The notes below the pieces were generated by a model. It worked only from the letters and a program-made list of their open reading frames with translations, had not been told where the DNA came from and made no database searches. A program made the position numbers and the translations under genes. A stretch of 64,000 nt of DNA from Naegleria gruberi (taxonomy: Eukaryota). Each line of letters begins with the position of its first letter. Positions within the stretch are counted from its first letter, which is position 1. Positions 10,601 through 21,888 of this stretch are shown one piece after another. The stretch is from the NCBI GenBank assembly GCA_000004985.1, contig GG738860.1; one strand, given 5' to 3'.

Positions 10601-11998
10601 TGAGGATCCCCATCGTTGACCTTTCTTAGATCCAAAATGAATCTGAATTGGTCTGACCCTTTCTTTGGAACTACGTTTATAGGGTTGATAACGATGTTTG
10701 GGGAGTGAACAATTACTCCTTCTTTCAACATGGAACCAATCTCTTTTTGGATCCATTGTTTCTCTGTAGTAGAGAATTTCCTCTGATGGTAATTTTTCCA
10801 ACGATTCGAATCGGAATCTATTGGAATTCCGTTTTGAATCCAATCGTGAATCGTGTTGGAAACACCGAATTCTTGCCATCGGCTGTGAAAACGAGAGAGA
10901 CGACCACCAAGAGGAATGTTGGCATCATTTATTGTTGTTGTTTGAGTTGGAGGAATTTGAAGCGGTTCCACTTGCTTGGTGAGCATTGTTGAATCTTCTG
11001 AAGCCTTGATTGTTGGATTGGTAACTATTACCTTGTCCTTGGTTGAAGTTGTTGTTGTTGTAGTTGTTGTAACCAGCTTGTCTATTATCGTATCTAGTGG
11101 GGAACTTACGAAAATTAGGGGTTCTGCTTGCCCATTTGCTGACTTTTTCAATGGTTTCTGCTGCTTTTACTTTTTCAGCAGATTTAATCGCCTTCTCTTG
11201 TTGTTTGGAGGTGATTTGGTCAAGTGAACCTCCTGATTTGTAGCTGTTAGAGAAGTTTTCAGCTGCTTCAAAGCCATTTTTAATGCCCATTCGAATACAG
11301 ACTAGATTTAACTCAGAAATATTCTGAATAAATTCAAATCCTTGAAGAATAAGCGGTAAATCAAGGGTATCACTCTCTCTCAAACGCTTGCAGATTTGAG
11401 AGATGATAAAAGAGTTTGTTAAAAGTAAAGAATAACCTTTACTTTTAATATCTTTTATACCAGATGAATCTGGAATGGGAGTGTCTACTTCTTTTCTGAA
11501 CAACAATTCAAGAGCAGCCATTCTATTCTTGAATTCCAAGTTGTCAGCGTATGGAGCATTGGCTGTTTCGAATAGAAGAGAAACAGCTTCTTCCAACGGC
11601 AAATCTTCTTTCAATGACTCACCAAACATTCTTTGGTAAGAGTCGATGACGTGGTTTTTAAACCAATCATCTGGTTCATCAGCAACTCTTGCTCTTTTAC
11701 CAGAAACCTCTTCAGATGGGTTGGACTCAAACAATTCCATCGAAGAAGCGAGAGCAGAAGCACCTTGTGAACCAACCTTGGCGTTGTTTGAGTCTTTGCC
11801 AGGTGATATCTTTTGTTGATTGTTCTTCTTGTTCTTCTTTGTGTCTTGAACAGGAGGAGGTGAAGGCATAGCAGAACTATCAGATGAATTTGAGGTGGAA
11901 GGAGTTAGAACAATGACTCGTTGCTCGCTACCTGCAGAAGGTGAGCTAAGGTCTTTCGTTTTCTTGTTGTTCTTTGGTGTAGTTGGTGTTGGGGCCAT
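10601..11998 (-). mobile_element. DIRS-like (tyrosine-recombinase class) retrotransposon fragment: ORF1 (gag-like) plus the N-terminus of the RT, with its 3' part lost in the gap
   Basis: ORF1 is 10925..11998 (ATG at 11996-11998, S/P-rich N-terminus, N/Q/G/RF-rich C-terminus). An overlapping second frame (10601..11151) encodes ...LGGRLSRFHSRWQEFGVSNTIHDWIQNGIPID...VVPKKGSDQFRFILDLRKVN. This is the GGRL..F...W plus PKK-G..R.I.DLR.LN motif arrangement of DIRS/Ngaro RT N-termini. No protease lies between gag and RT, as in DIRS. Bases 10788..11102 recur at 29033..29347. Confidence 0.6.
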
Positions 11999-12033
11999 TG
12001 TGATAATTTTTTGAGCATGGAAAAATACTCAAC

Positions 12034-13008
12034 TTATATTTTATTAAGTTTACAATGAAAACAAGTCCATTCTTCACTTCGCTCAGAATTAGACACAGCA
12101 GAGAATTTGAAATTACCAAGTTTGGTAAAATCGATATTATAATCCCTAGATAGAGACTGAACATCCTCTATATCCATTCTCTCTAGAAATAGTTTGGTAA
12201 TATTTTTACCAACCTTAATATCTACAAATGGATATGATAAAATTAGTTTCAAGCATTCTATGCTGTATATTGGAATTCTGAATACTCTAAAAGAAGGATA
12301 TTTTTTGTAGAAATAGTGTAATGTGTCCATAATTTGTTTAAGATTATCATATTTGAGCTCTTTGTAAATTTCAGATCGGATATTCCATAAAAAGGAAAAT
12401 AAGTTAGTATTAAGTGTAAAATTATTGATGATATAGTTTGCCTCTTCAAAACGATATGATACTAGACTATTGTAGAGGAACATTTCAATATTTGTTGGAT
12501 AATTATTTGGAAACACGCTTTTCAATTTTTCCATTGGAACTACTGGGTTTCTTTCATAGTCCATAGATGAGAAGTACATATTCTGTTTATGTGCTAAAGC
12601 TGAAGGGTAATAACTTGATTTAGGTGTGTAAATAATTGTTAAAGAGTTGCTTCTTTCATAGTAAAATAATGGTGGCTTGAAATCGAATAGTGCATATTTA
12701 AGGTTAGGTGTTAGATCTATAATTTTGTGTAAATCAAATCCTGTTGGAAAAATGTGGTCATATGAAGAATAGTTTCTTCCAAAATTTGTTGAAAATGAAA
12801 TAAATTCCACTTTATACAACACATGACCACCACAAAGCTTTTTCATCTTATCAAATAGTTCACTAAATTTGTCAATCCACTCACTATTAGTTATGTAATA
12901 TGAAAAAAAGGATCTTTTAAACCAAGGTTTACGTTCCAATATTTCAAAATATGTATTGTCCAAATAATATCTACACAGTTTCCTTTCTGAAAATGTTGAC
13001 AAATTCAA
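12034..13008 (-). CDS. Hypothetical protein; 5' end uncertain (possible short upstream exon)
   Basis: Long ORF whose track start is TTG. The first in-frame ATG is 53 codons in (near 12849). A single in-frame TGA separates it from upstream ATGs at 13161 and 13152. A candidate intron (minus GTATGA ... TTTTCAG, about 133 nt) would join MIEMPSTLDEYERS to ERKLCRYYLDNTYFE.... Confidence 0.45.
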   Translation of the reverse strand: MNLSTFSERKLCRYYLDNTYFEILERKPWFKRSFFSYYITNSEWIDKFSELFDKMKKLCGGHVLYKVEFISFSTNFGRNYSSYDHIFPTGFDLHKIIDLTPNLKYALFDFKPPLFYYERSNSLTIIYTPKSSYYPSALAHKQNMYFSSMDYERNPVVPMEKLKSVFPNNYPTNIEMFLYNSLVSYRFEEANYIINNFTLNTNLFSFLWNIRSEIYKELKYDNLKQIMDTLHYFYKKYPSFRVFRIPIYSIECLKLILSYPFVDIKVGKNITKLFLERMDIEDVQSLSRDYNIDFTKLGNFKFSAVSNSERSEEWTCFHCKLNKI

Positions 13009-13303
13009 AATTGTTGGTCAAAACGCTTGCACAGATTTTAACGGTGTTTGACAAGTTAAAAAGAAAGGCACTCTACTAGGATGATCAAAATCAACAAATT
13101 CCTCCACATTATTCATACCACTCCGTTCATATTCGTCCAATGTTGATGGCATTTCTATCATCGTATCGTAACAACTGATCACAACAAATATCACGAATAT
13201 AATCGAGGTAGTAGAAGATAATAAAGTGAATTTCCGTGGGAAGATCTGCGAGGGTGTAAACTTGTTCACATTTTTATCAGGCAAATATAAATCCAAACAA
13301 ATC

Positions 13304-13308
13304 AAAAA
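13304..13308 (-). terminator. Pol III terminator (T5) of the 5S gene
   Basis: TTTTT on the minus strand directly after ...GCTGTAGTC. Confidence 0.5.
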
Positions 13309-13426
13309 GACTACAGCACCACAGGTTCCCAAGTTGTCTCCAACCTCAGTACTGATGTGGCTCGACGATGCTTAACTTCTCAAATCGGACGGGATGAGGT
13401 GCATTCATCGTGATATGGCCGTAGCC
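13309..13426 (-). rRNA. 5S ribosomal RNA gene (118 nt)
   Basis: Minus strand reads GGCTACGGCCATATCACGATGAATGCACCTCATCCCGTCCGATTTGAGAAGTTAAGCATCGTCGAGCCACATCAGTACTGAGGTTGGAGACAACTTGGGAACCTGTGGTGCTGTAGTC. It matches conserved 5S blocks (ACGGCCATA, CCCGTCCGAT.TG.GAAGTTAAGC, AGTACT, TGGAGAC, TGGGAA, GTGCTGTAG). Helix I pairs 5' GGCUACGGC with 3' GCUGUAGUC. A T5 run follows. Track ORF 13018..13332 overlaps it and is spurious. Confidence 0.9.
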
Positions 13427-13580
13427 ATTCAATTCTATAATTTCTGAATTATAAATCAACAAAGTCCCAAAGGGTTTATAAAGAGAATATGTAATATTTG
13501 GTTCTAAAAACATTTAAATATTAAATTGAAATTTTAAATAAATAATTTATAAATCTAGTTTGTTTTGTATACAAGGTCCC

Positions 13581-16199
13581 TTATTTTTTAGCATTGAGTT
13601 TGTTCTTAATCCAATTCAAAGCAGAACCAGCTCTGAACCATTCAATTTGCAAATCACTGAAAGTATGATTGAGTTCAACATCGAATGATTGACCATTTTG
13701 CTTCTTAACAGTCATTGTGACTGGCTTACCAATTTGGAATTTATCACCACCAATGTGCAAAGTGAGCTTATCAGTTGGGTCAACCTTATCGTAGTCCTTA
13801 GCATCCTTGAAAGTTAATGGCAACATTCCTTGCTTCTTCAAGTTAGTTTCGTGAATACGAGCGAATGAACGAGTAATGATAGCAACACCACCCAACCATC
13901 TTGGTTCCAAAGCAGCATGTTCACGAGATGAACCTTCACCATAGTTTTCATCACCAATAACAACCCAATTAACACCGTTAGCCTTATAATGTCTAGCAAC
14001 ATCTGGAACAGTACCGAATTCACCGGTCAATTGATTCTTAATTGAATTAGCCTTAGCATTTTCAATATTGACAGCACCAATCAACAAGTTGTTGGAGATA
14101 TTGTCCAAGTGACCTCTGTACTTCAACCATGGACCAGCCATAGAGATGTGGTCAGTAGTACACTTACCGACAACCTTAATCAAGACTGAACAGTCGTTAT
14201 AGTCCTTACCGTCCCAAGCAGAGAATGGTGACAACAATTGTAATCTGTCACTAGTTGGAGAAACATCAACAGAAATCTTAGAACCATCTTCTGGTGGAGC
14301 TTGGAAAGTATTTTCACCGGCATCGAAACCCTTAGCTGGCAATTCCATACCCTTTGGTGGAGAAAGCTTGAATTCCTTACCATCAGAACCAACCAAAGAA
14401 TCCTTCATTGGGTTGAACTTTAAGGAACCAGCAATTGACAAGGCAGTAACAATATCTGGAGAAGCAACGAAAGCATGAGTAGCAGCATTACCATCGTTAC
14501 GAGCAGTAAAGTTTCTATTGTATGAAGTAATGATAGAGTTTGATTCACCCTTCTTAGTATCCTTTCTGTCCCATTGACCAATACATGGACCACAGGCATT
14601 AGCCAAAACTTGACCACCAGCAGCTTCCAAATCAGTCAAAATATTATCACGAGAAATGGTAGCTCTGACTTGTTCGGAACCTGGAGTGATGAAGAAGTGA
14701 GCCTTACTCTTCAAACCATGTTCAGCAGCTTGTTTACAGATATCAGCAGATCTACTCATGTCTTCATATGATGAGTTGGTACAAGAACCAATCAAACCAG
14801 CACTGAGCTTTTCTGGCCAACCTTCCTTTTCAACTCTTTCAGCGAATTTTGACAATGGAGTACCAAGATCAGGAGTGAAAGGTCCGTTAATGTGTGGTTC
14901 CAAAGTATCCAAGTTAATTTCAATAATTTGATCGTAATCAGCATTCTTATCAGCCTTGAAAATATCCTTATGATCATTAATGACTTGAGCCATTTGAGTT
15001 CTCTTAGTAGAAACTAAATATCTTTCCATAGCTTCAGTATATGGGAACAAACTAGTGGTAGCTCCGATTTCAGCTCCCATATTACAAATAGTGGCCATAC
15101 CAGTACAAGAAAGAGATTCAACACCAGAACCGAAATATTCAACAATGGCACCAGTACCACCCTTAACAGTCAAAATATCAGCAACCTTCAAAATGACGTC
15201 CTTTGGAGTAGTCCAACCATTCAATTTACCAGTCAAATGAACACCAATAACCTTTGGTGTCTTTAATTCCCAAGGAATACCAGCCATAACATCAACAGCG
15301 TCAGCACCACCGACACCAATAGCAATCATACCCAAACCACCAGCATTTGGAGTGTGGGAATCAGTACCAATCATCAAACCACCTGGGAAAGCATAGTTTT
15401 CAAGGACAATTTGGTGAATAATACCACTACCTGGTTTCCAGAATCCAATATTGTGCTTAGCGGCAGCAGTAGCCAAAAAGTTATAAACTTCCTTGTTGAC
15501 ATCAACAGCCTTCTTCAAATCTTTTGTGGCACCATCTTCAGCTTGAATCAAGTGATCACAGTGAATGGTTGATGGAACTTGGACAACTGGAATTCCCGAA
15601 CTCATGAATTGGAGCATAGCCATTTGAGCAGTAGCATCTTGCATAGCCTAAATAATGTTATTAATAAGAGTATTAGTACCAAAAAATTGATGATGAATAA
15701 TTTGTTGTTGTTTTTGTTATTATTCAATTTTGATAAGAGAATGAGGTAATTGATGATTATTATAATCATAATAAACATTGTGTGATGTTCCAAATAACAA
15801 ATTGTTTCATCATTGTGTGATGAGGAGTATGTATTATTATTGTTGTATAAAACCAATAAGCCTTCAATAATCGTTTTGAATTCAACTACTTACAACTCTA
15901 TCTGGACGGAGCTTCAAATATGTCTTACCACGAACAATTTCTTGGTTTGCTGGGTCATCTAAATGGCCGTACAAAATCTTTTCAGAGAGAGTCAATGGTC
16001 TGCCGAGTCTTTGCTTGACAATATCCAAACGAGAAACAAGGCTTGAAATATCATATTCACCCTTTTCGACAAGGGAGAATGGAGCCTTGGTCTTCTTTTG
16101 TGTTGTTTGGGATTTACTAAAACGTCTGCTTTGATTGGTGGCAATTGATTGAGAAACAGAACAAGTCTTAGCTGAGTTTTGTTTAATGACTCTCTTCAT
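13581..16199 (-). CDS. Mitochondrial aconitate hydratase (aconitase), 2 exons, about 790 aa
   Basis: Exon 1 is 15894..16199; the track ORF starts at TTG 16226 and the ATG is at 16197-16199 ([12 protein letters not shown]...), presequence-like. It ends ...LRPDRV. The intron is 15648..15893 (246 nt, GTAAGT...TTTAG). Exon 2 is 13581..15647 and begins [14 protein letters not shown]. This gives the aconitase signature ...[16 protein letters not shown], and the rest of the ORF is aconitase-like throughout. Confidence 0.9.
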
Positions 16200-16854
16200 T
16201 TTTTTTACGTAATAACAGGATACCAATCCACTATGCCTTCGGGAGAATTAAAAATATTTGGTCATTGTAAACTTGAGTGACTTTGTGTTCCTCTTAATAT
16301 TAATTACCAGTACCAATAAAAGAACGAAAACTTACGAGAGTGGCATTTGGTAGTGGAGACTTGTAATAATAGCTCGTATTTTCGAAATTCGCCACAACAT
16401 TCAATCAACACAATACATCAAGGCGTTTTACTTGTTGAGGCGAATAGAAAAAGTAACAACGTTGAAGGATGGAACGTTATTAGCAGGCAGAGGAATGCAA
16501 AGATTGGTGATAATTTGGCGTTTAACTGTAGACTACAGCTTAAGAATCTTATTGATTGAATTTGCGGTACTAAGCAGAAAAAGGAAAAATCTCCACAATT
16601 ATTTAGTTGTTACCTATTATTAATTCGGAAACAAGGATTTATTGGTAAGCTTCCCAATGAATGATACTGTAAATCGGTGAAATGGATGTAATATGAAATT
16701 ATTGTAAAAGCTATTTCAATATTACATCTGTTTAAATATTGAATAGCTTACAATTAAAGGTTACAATAATTTATTGACAATATAAGTTATACAAATAAAA
16801 GGTTTGTTTGAGGGGAGAATTGTTGGGTGTTAAAGGAGGGTTGAATTTTAAAAT

Positions 16855-18535
16855 TTAATTTTTCAATCCATATTTCTTCAATAATTCATCTTCCAAATTC
16901 TTTTGTTGGAGTTCTTGCCATTCAGGAGAACTAGAGAAATTAAAGGTTAATTAAATTGAAAATAAAAACTTACTCAAAACCAACAAATGTCCAGAAATCT
17001 TCAGGACCAGCCTTGAAAAGTTTTGGTGTAAAGACCTGTCCTTGTTGTTCACGTTCCTTCTTTACATTTCTTTGCTCGGTTTCAACCTTATCCTTCTCTA
17101 TGGCAGCAAGTTGAACATCATTTTGCTTGATTGCCTTTGTAAGGTTATCCCACAACTTCCTGGATTCATTGTCCTTTTGAACTTCCATTGGAGGTACGTG
17201 TTTTGGAACAACTTCAGCAGACCTGACATCAAAGAATAATTCTTCACTATTCTTGTCGGAATCCTATTGTGTTTAATATGAATGTAATAATAATATTATT
17301 CCAAGATTATTGTTGTTGTGTTGTTATTATTGTCGTTATTGTTGTTATTGTTGTAAAAATGTTGATGATTGGATGGTTAAATAATGTTGGTGAAATTAAT
17401 CTACTACTAACCTTTCCTTTGATGTATAATTTTTCGTTCCATTTTCCACGTATTTGATAAATAGTCTTCTTCTTGTGTTTTATCTTTGCTGAGACAACAT
17501 TATATTCTCCTCCGAAGAATGGTTTGCTCTTAAATTCAATTTCTGCTAACATATTTGTTTTCTTACATTCAATCTTAGTTTTACCAGCCATTTCCATGAT
17601 AAGTTTACCAAAGATCACACCTCTGGCATAAACACTTGGCCAAGTGGCTGTATAAACTTCATTTCCACGAGAACCAAAAGTAATTTTGATATTACCTTCA
17701 GTAATAGAAGCTGCTGAGTTGCCCAAGAACTTTGATCTTGGATAGTACCATCCTTCAAGTAAAAGTTCCTTTTGTTTACATTCAGCATAGATGGCACTCT
17801 TTGGAGGGTGATGACTCACTTGTTCACCTATACAAGTCATTAAACCATTTTCTCTAAGTTCATAATTGCAACGGAATACTTCACCAAGAACTGGGTTGTA
17901 TGGTTTCTTTACACCTTTTGGCTTTACGTGCCATCCTGACAAATACCATCTAACAAGATGAACCATTCTTTGGATTGGGTCATCATCATCCATGGCTCTA
18001 AATTACAATAGTATTGTTCGATTTGGTGTAAAAATGTTGATGATATTAAAAAACATGATGTTTTGGTAATTGTGTCAAATATTCAATCATGGATAGATTC
18101 ATGTTAATACAATTAGAAAGGTAATGATGGTGATAATAGATTAATGACAACAAGAATGATTGGAAGAATAACAGCAATAATAACAATTAATCTATCATCT
18201 TGATACATTTAAAAAACAACAACTTACGTGGTGAGTAAATGGGCATGAGTATTAAAGTCGGTTAACTTTTCCAATAGAGAACGTGGTTCAAGGAAATCGC
18301 AAGGAATTGGAATTTTAGTCAAATCCATACCAATCTTCAATTGTCCCATAAATTGCATCAACATGCTCTTTGTATTTTCATTCAAAATTTCGATATCATC
18401 CTCGGATTGTCCTTTAAACATTTCACATTGTTCTTCTTCCTTTGAGAGTTCCCTTGGTGGAGCTTCTTCAGCGACCGATGAATCAGAATCAGAAATATCC
18501 TCAACACTTGTTGATTGTACGAGCTTATTAGACAT
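16855..18535 (-). CDS. Oxysterol-binding protein-related protein (short ORP, about 422 aa), 4 exons
   Basis: Exons are 18228..18535 (MSNKLVQ...), 17412..17997, 16974..17263 and 16855..16930. Introns are 17998..18227 (GTAAGT..TTTAG), 17264..17411 (GTTAGT..AATAG) and 16931..16973 (43 nt, GTAAGT..CTCTAG). All junctions keep frame. The OSBP fingerprint EQVSHHPP and KPYNPVLGEVF are present. The C-terminus is ...FVGFDSPEWQELQQKNLEDELLKKYGLKN. Confidence 0.75.
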
Positions 18536-19251
18536 TTTTTTGTTTTGCTGTGTGGCTTCTTTGGTGGGCAGCGAATATTATTCAACAAAAGATGCATTAA
18601 AAAAACCTGTTCAACTGGGCCTCTAAAATACTGTCATTCTAGAAGCAATTTGCGATTATCTTCTCTTTATGAATCGCACATCTTAGCTACCTATTGTTCG
18701 ATGGAATGATTGTGAATGAGATGATTGAAACACATGAGGTTTTGCATTGAGAAGAGTTGAAACTAGTTGGTTTGTGTTGAGGTGAAATTTTAACTGCAAC
18801 CGTTGAGATTAGATTCTTGACAGGTTTTGTTCCTGAGAGATGACAAGAGGAGCACTCAACCAAACATAGCTGTAGAAAGCATTGTAAACTGAGAGATTTT
18901 CCCTTACATTAATATTCAACTGCTTCATTAAAACAGTAAAACCATAACACTGGTTGTTTGCAATTTGGATAGTTCAAATCAAGGAACCTTGATTCAAGCA
19001 AATGAACTGCAATTCATCTCCCCAACTTAATGCACTATTTGGAATGTATTTCCAGACAAAAAAACATGCATTCTTAATTTGGGCTCAAATCTCAGATACC
19101 CCAATCACAACACTTTCATATTTCAGCTCAAATTTTTCCCTGAATATTTTTGAATCTTTCTTCAACAACATAATATTTACATTTCCATTCAATTATTCTT
19201 GTGTGGGTGTTGATGCATCACAACATATAATTCAAACTATCGAATCAAAAA

Positions 19252-21786
19252 ATGACCACAAAACGAGGACGTCAAACAACAAGGGAATCCAATTCAACCT
19301 TGTCATCAAACTCTGGAGGCTCCTCTTCTGATTCGGATGATTCATCATCTACTTCATCAGAAAAAAGTATGAAACAAAGGAAGAAAAATAGTAAATCGTT
19401 TAACATGGATGCTCCTTCACATGTTCCTGTTTTGATGGGTAATAATCCATCACCTCATCATTTACTACCTCCAGGAGCCTATCATCCTTCCATGATGGGA
19501 AAAAATCTTCATCAACAACAAACAATTCAGAGTAGTAGTAATAATCATCAACCAGTACAACAACCAGTAGTAGTTGTGAATAATCAAGTTCCGAATCAAC
19601 AGGCATTGAAATCAAGAATATCCAGTGAACAAGTAGCCTATTGTCCATCATGTTCTTTTATTGGAAATAAGTCACATTTGCCTCAATCGATATCGTCGGT
19701 GAGTGTGGAAACTAACTTTAATTCTCAAACTGTATCCATGAATGAATGTTATGAATCTATTTATCATCAATTTGTGATAAAAATTACCTCTGCAAGACCA
19801 TTTCAGAGAATGTGTTTTTATTTGAATAATGTAGGATCTGAAACTAATTCAAAAACAATTCAACTTTCACAAAATGATAGTCTAGAAGGACCCTTCTCTC
19901 AACTTCAAATAGTATTTGCATCAATTTATTTATCGAGTGCTCTATTAACAGAGCCTCTAATTTCCTCTCAAAATTTACCATTTCTCAATGAAAATTCAGC
20001 GAGACCTTTCATACAATTTGGAAATGTTGAATGTACGTTATTTCTTCAATAATTTTATGGATATATTCTCAAACATTTTCTCACTATTATTATTCCTAAT
20101 AATGATAATTATTTAGGTCGAGGAAACGAAATCCTAATCCCTCTCCAATTCTTATCTAATGATCCTGAGAAATACTTTCAACAACAATATCAAATTACAA
20201 ATCCAAACACTGAGATAGATTTTTCTAATACCAAAAGTGTGATTGGAGCTTTACTAGATATCCAATCAACAACTTTGAGCTCTACTACATTGAATAGTAC
20301 TGAGTGTGCATCACCAATTAGCACCCTCATCAGTAGCTCAACAGTTTCGTTAACCTTCCCTTACTCTGTGAATAGATCCAAAATAGTTGCTTCCATTCCA
20401 AGGTTAGTTTCTAAAAACCATTCCATAACAACTAACAATACCCTTAGTAATTTGATGCAAAGTGATTTACCTCTTATTTACCATGATATTAGGCAGCACG
20501 GAAAGGGAACCTTACTATGGTATCCAATTCATGTTCCTTTCCTTTCGAATGGCTTAAAATTATTATGTTTACTCGCTCACAATACATCAAATGATAAGCA
20601 TAAAGATTTATTCGGAAGATTTTCAAATGATAATGAATTGAGATATCTTAATGTGGGATCTCTGCTATTGGAATTTATTAATGGACTTATGAGTGAACAA
20701 AAGGTACGGTTAAAATTTTAAAAGCTCACATTTCTTAACATTTATATAGAAAAAATACTCCTATGTCTATGAAATGAAAAATCAATCAGTCTTCCCAATG
20801 AATGAGAAGAAGACTGTAAAGATATTAACCCACAGTAATTTACACAGACACAAAATTGGTGATGAGGCTTCTATAACGAATAATAGCTTTTGGATGGGAA
20901 ACTCTGACATTAATGTATACCAGAACAAGTGTATTGTTAAGGTACTACAATATGGAGTTTGTAAGAAAGCCATTGTAAATCACCCATACGATTCGTTTGC
21001 TTCAACTGAGGAGGATGATATTGAAATTGTTTATTTTATAGAGTATTCAACATCAAGAGGACCAAAGAATATGTTTGTCTCAGAGGGGGAGCTTCACACA
21101 CTTGCTGGATCAAATCCTGAACTCTCCAAAGAGGAAATTATCAAAAAAGAAAGTAATGACAAGTTATATAATGAGGCTCTTCAGCAAGTTTATAATATCA
21201 ATGCTCAAGATTTATTGAATTTGGAAAAGAAATATCAATTACAGCAACTCAATGAAGAGCAAGAATATCATCAAACCAATCACTTTAAAGGAGATTTACA
21301 TTTACATGGTAACCTGCTACTGAAAGGTCATTTGAAAATTCAAAAACAAGCATCTTGTGTTGAAAGAGTTATTATGAATGTAGATTTGAATAACATTGAT
21401 TACTACATGCTATTTGTCGATAGCATTCCATCTGACGTACCTATTAAGGTAATGCTTTGCCTCTGCACTAAATTTACTGATTCAACAGTGAGAGCTCAAC
21501 CAGTCACAATTTTAGAAACACCAAACTACTTTATCTATCCAAGGGTATTTAAGAGCGATGTAAGTATTTCAAATTGTTACATTCATTATTAACATAATGT
21601 TAATAGAATATGGTAGATATTTGGTTCGAATGTCGATCAATTGGGAGTCAAGAAAAATTAGAAAGTACAACACCTCTGCCTTTCAAACCAACAAATGAAA
21701 ATCCAAGCAATATTGAACCACTTGTTCCTCTTGCTTGGCAACATTTCTTTTTGAAGAAGGCATCATCATTTAATAAACAAGATTAA
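19252..21786 (+). CDS. Hypothetical S/T/Q-rich protein (about 785 aa), 4 exons
   Basis: Exons are 19252..20032, 20117..20703, 20750..21559 and 21607..21786. Introns are 84 nt (GTACGT..TTTAG), 46 nt (GTACGG..TATAG) and 47 nt (GTAAGT..AATAG). The reading frame is continuous through track ORFs 19252, 20239 and 20774 plus an untracked last exon ending TAA at 21784-21786. No domain recognised. Confidence 0.55.
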
Positions 21787-21888
21787 ACAGATATCTGTTT
21801 GTAATAATATATTCAAAAAGATTCTTCATCAAATAATTCAAATACAAAAAAATAGAACGATCACCATCCACACAATAATATTAACAAA

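Noticed and set aside
10601-10879. Extension of ORF 9662..10879 beyond the gap (MARIRCFQHDSRLDSKRNSNRF...)
   Set aside because: It is a read-through across 50 N's into the retroelement in a non-RT frame. Only 9662..10550 is a plausible partial host gene.
10705-11227. Plus-strand ORFs 10705..10992 and 10976..11227
   Set aside because: Antisense to the retroelement's gag/RT ORFs. The V/T runs reflect reverse reading of ACA/ACT Thr codons.
13018-13332. 104-aa ORF with an apparent TM segment
   Set aside because: It overlaps the 5S rRNA gene and its T5 terminator on the same strand. The hydrophobic residues come from translating structured RNA. The start is TTG.
13838-15856. Eight 60-84-aa ORFs inside or antisense to aconitase
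   Set aside because: They lie within a strongly supported aconitase CDS or intron on the opposite strand or out of frame, and have no conserved features.
18700-18900. Slightly GC-richer island upstream of the OSBP-related gene with GATGA and CTGA motifs (possible C/D snoRNA)
   Set aside because: The boxes are imperfect (no UGAUGA), there is no terminal stem, and no guide complementarity could be checked. The evidence is insufficient.
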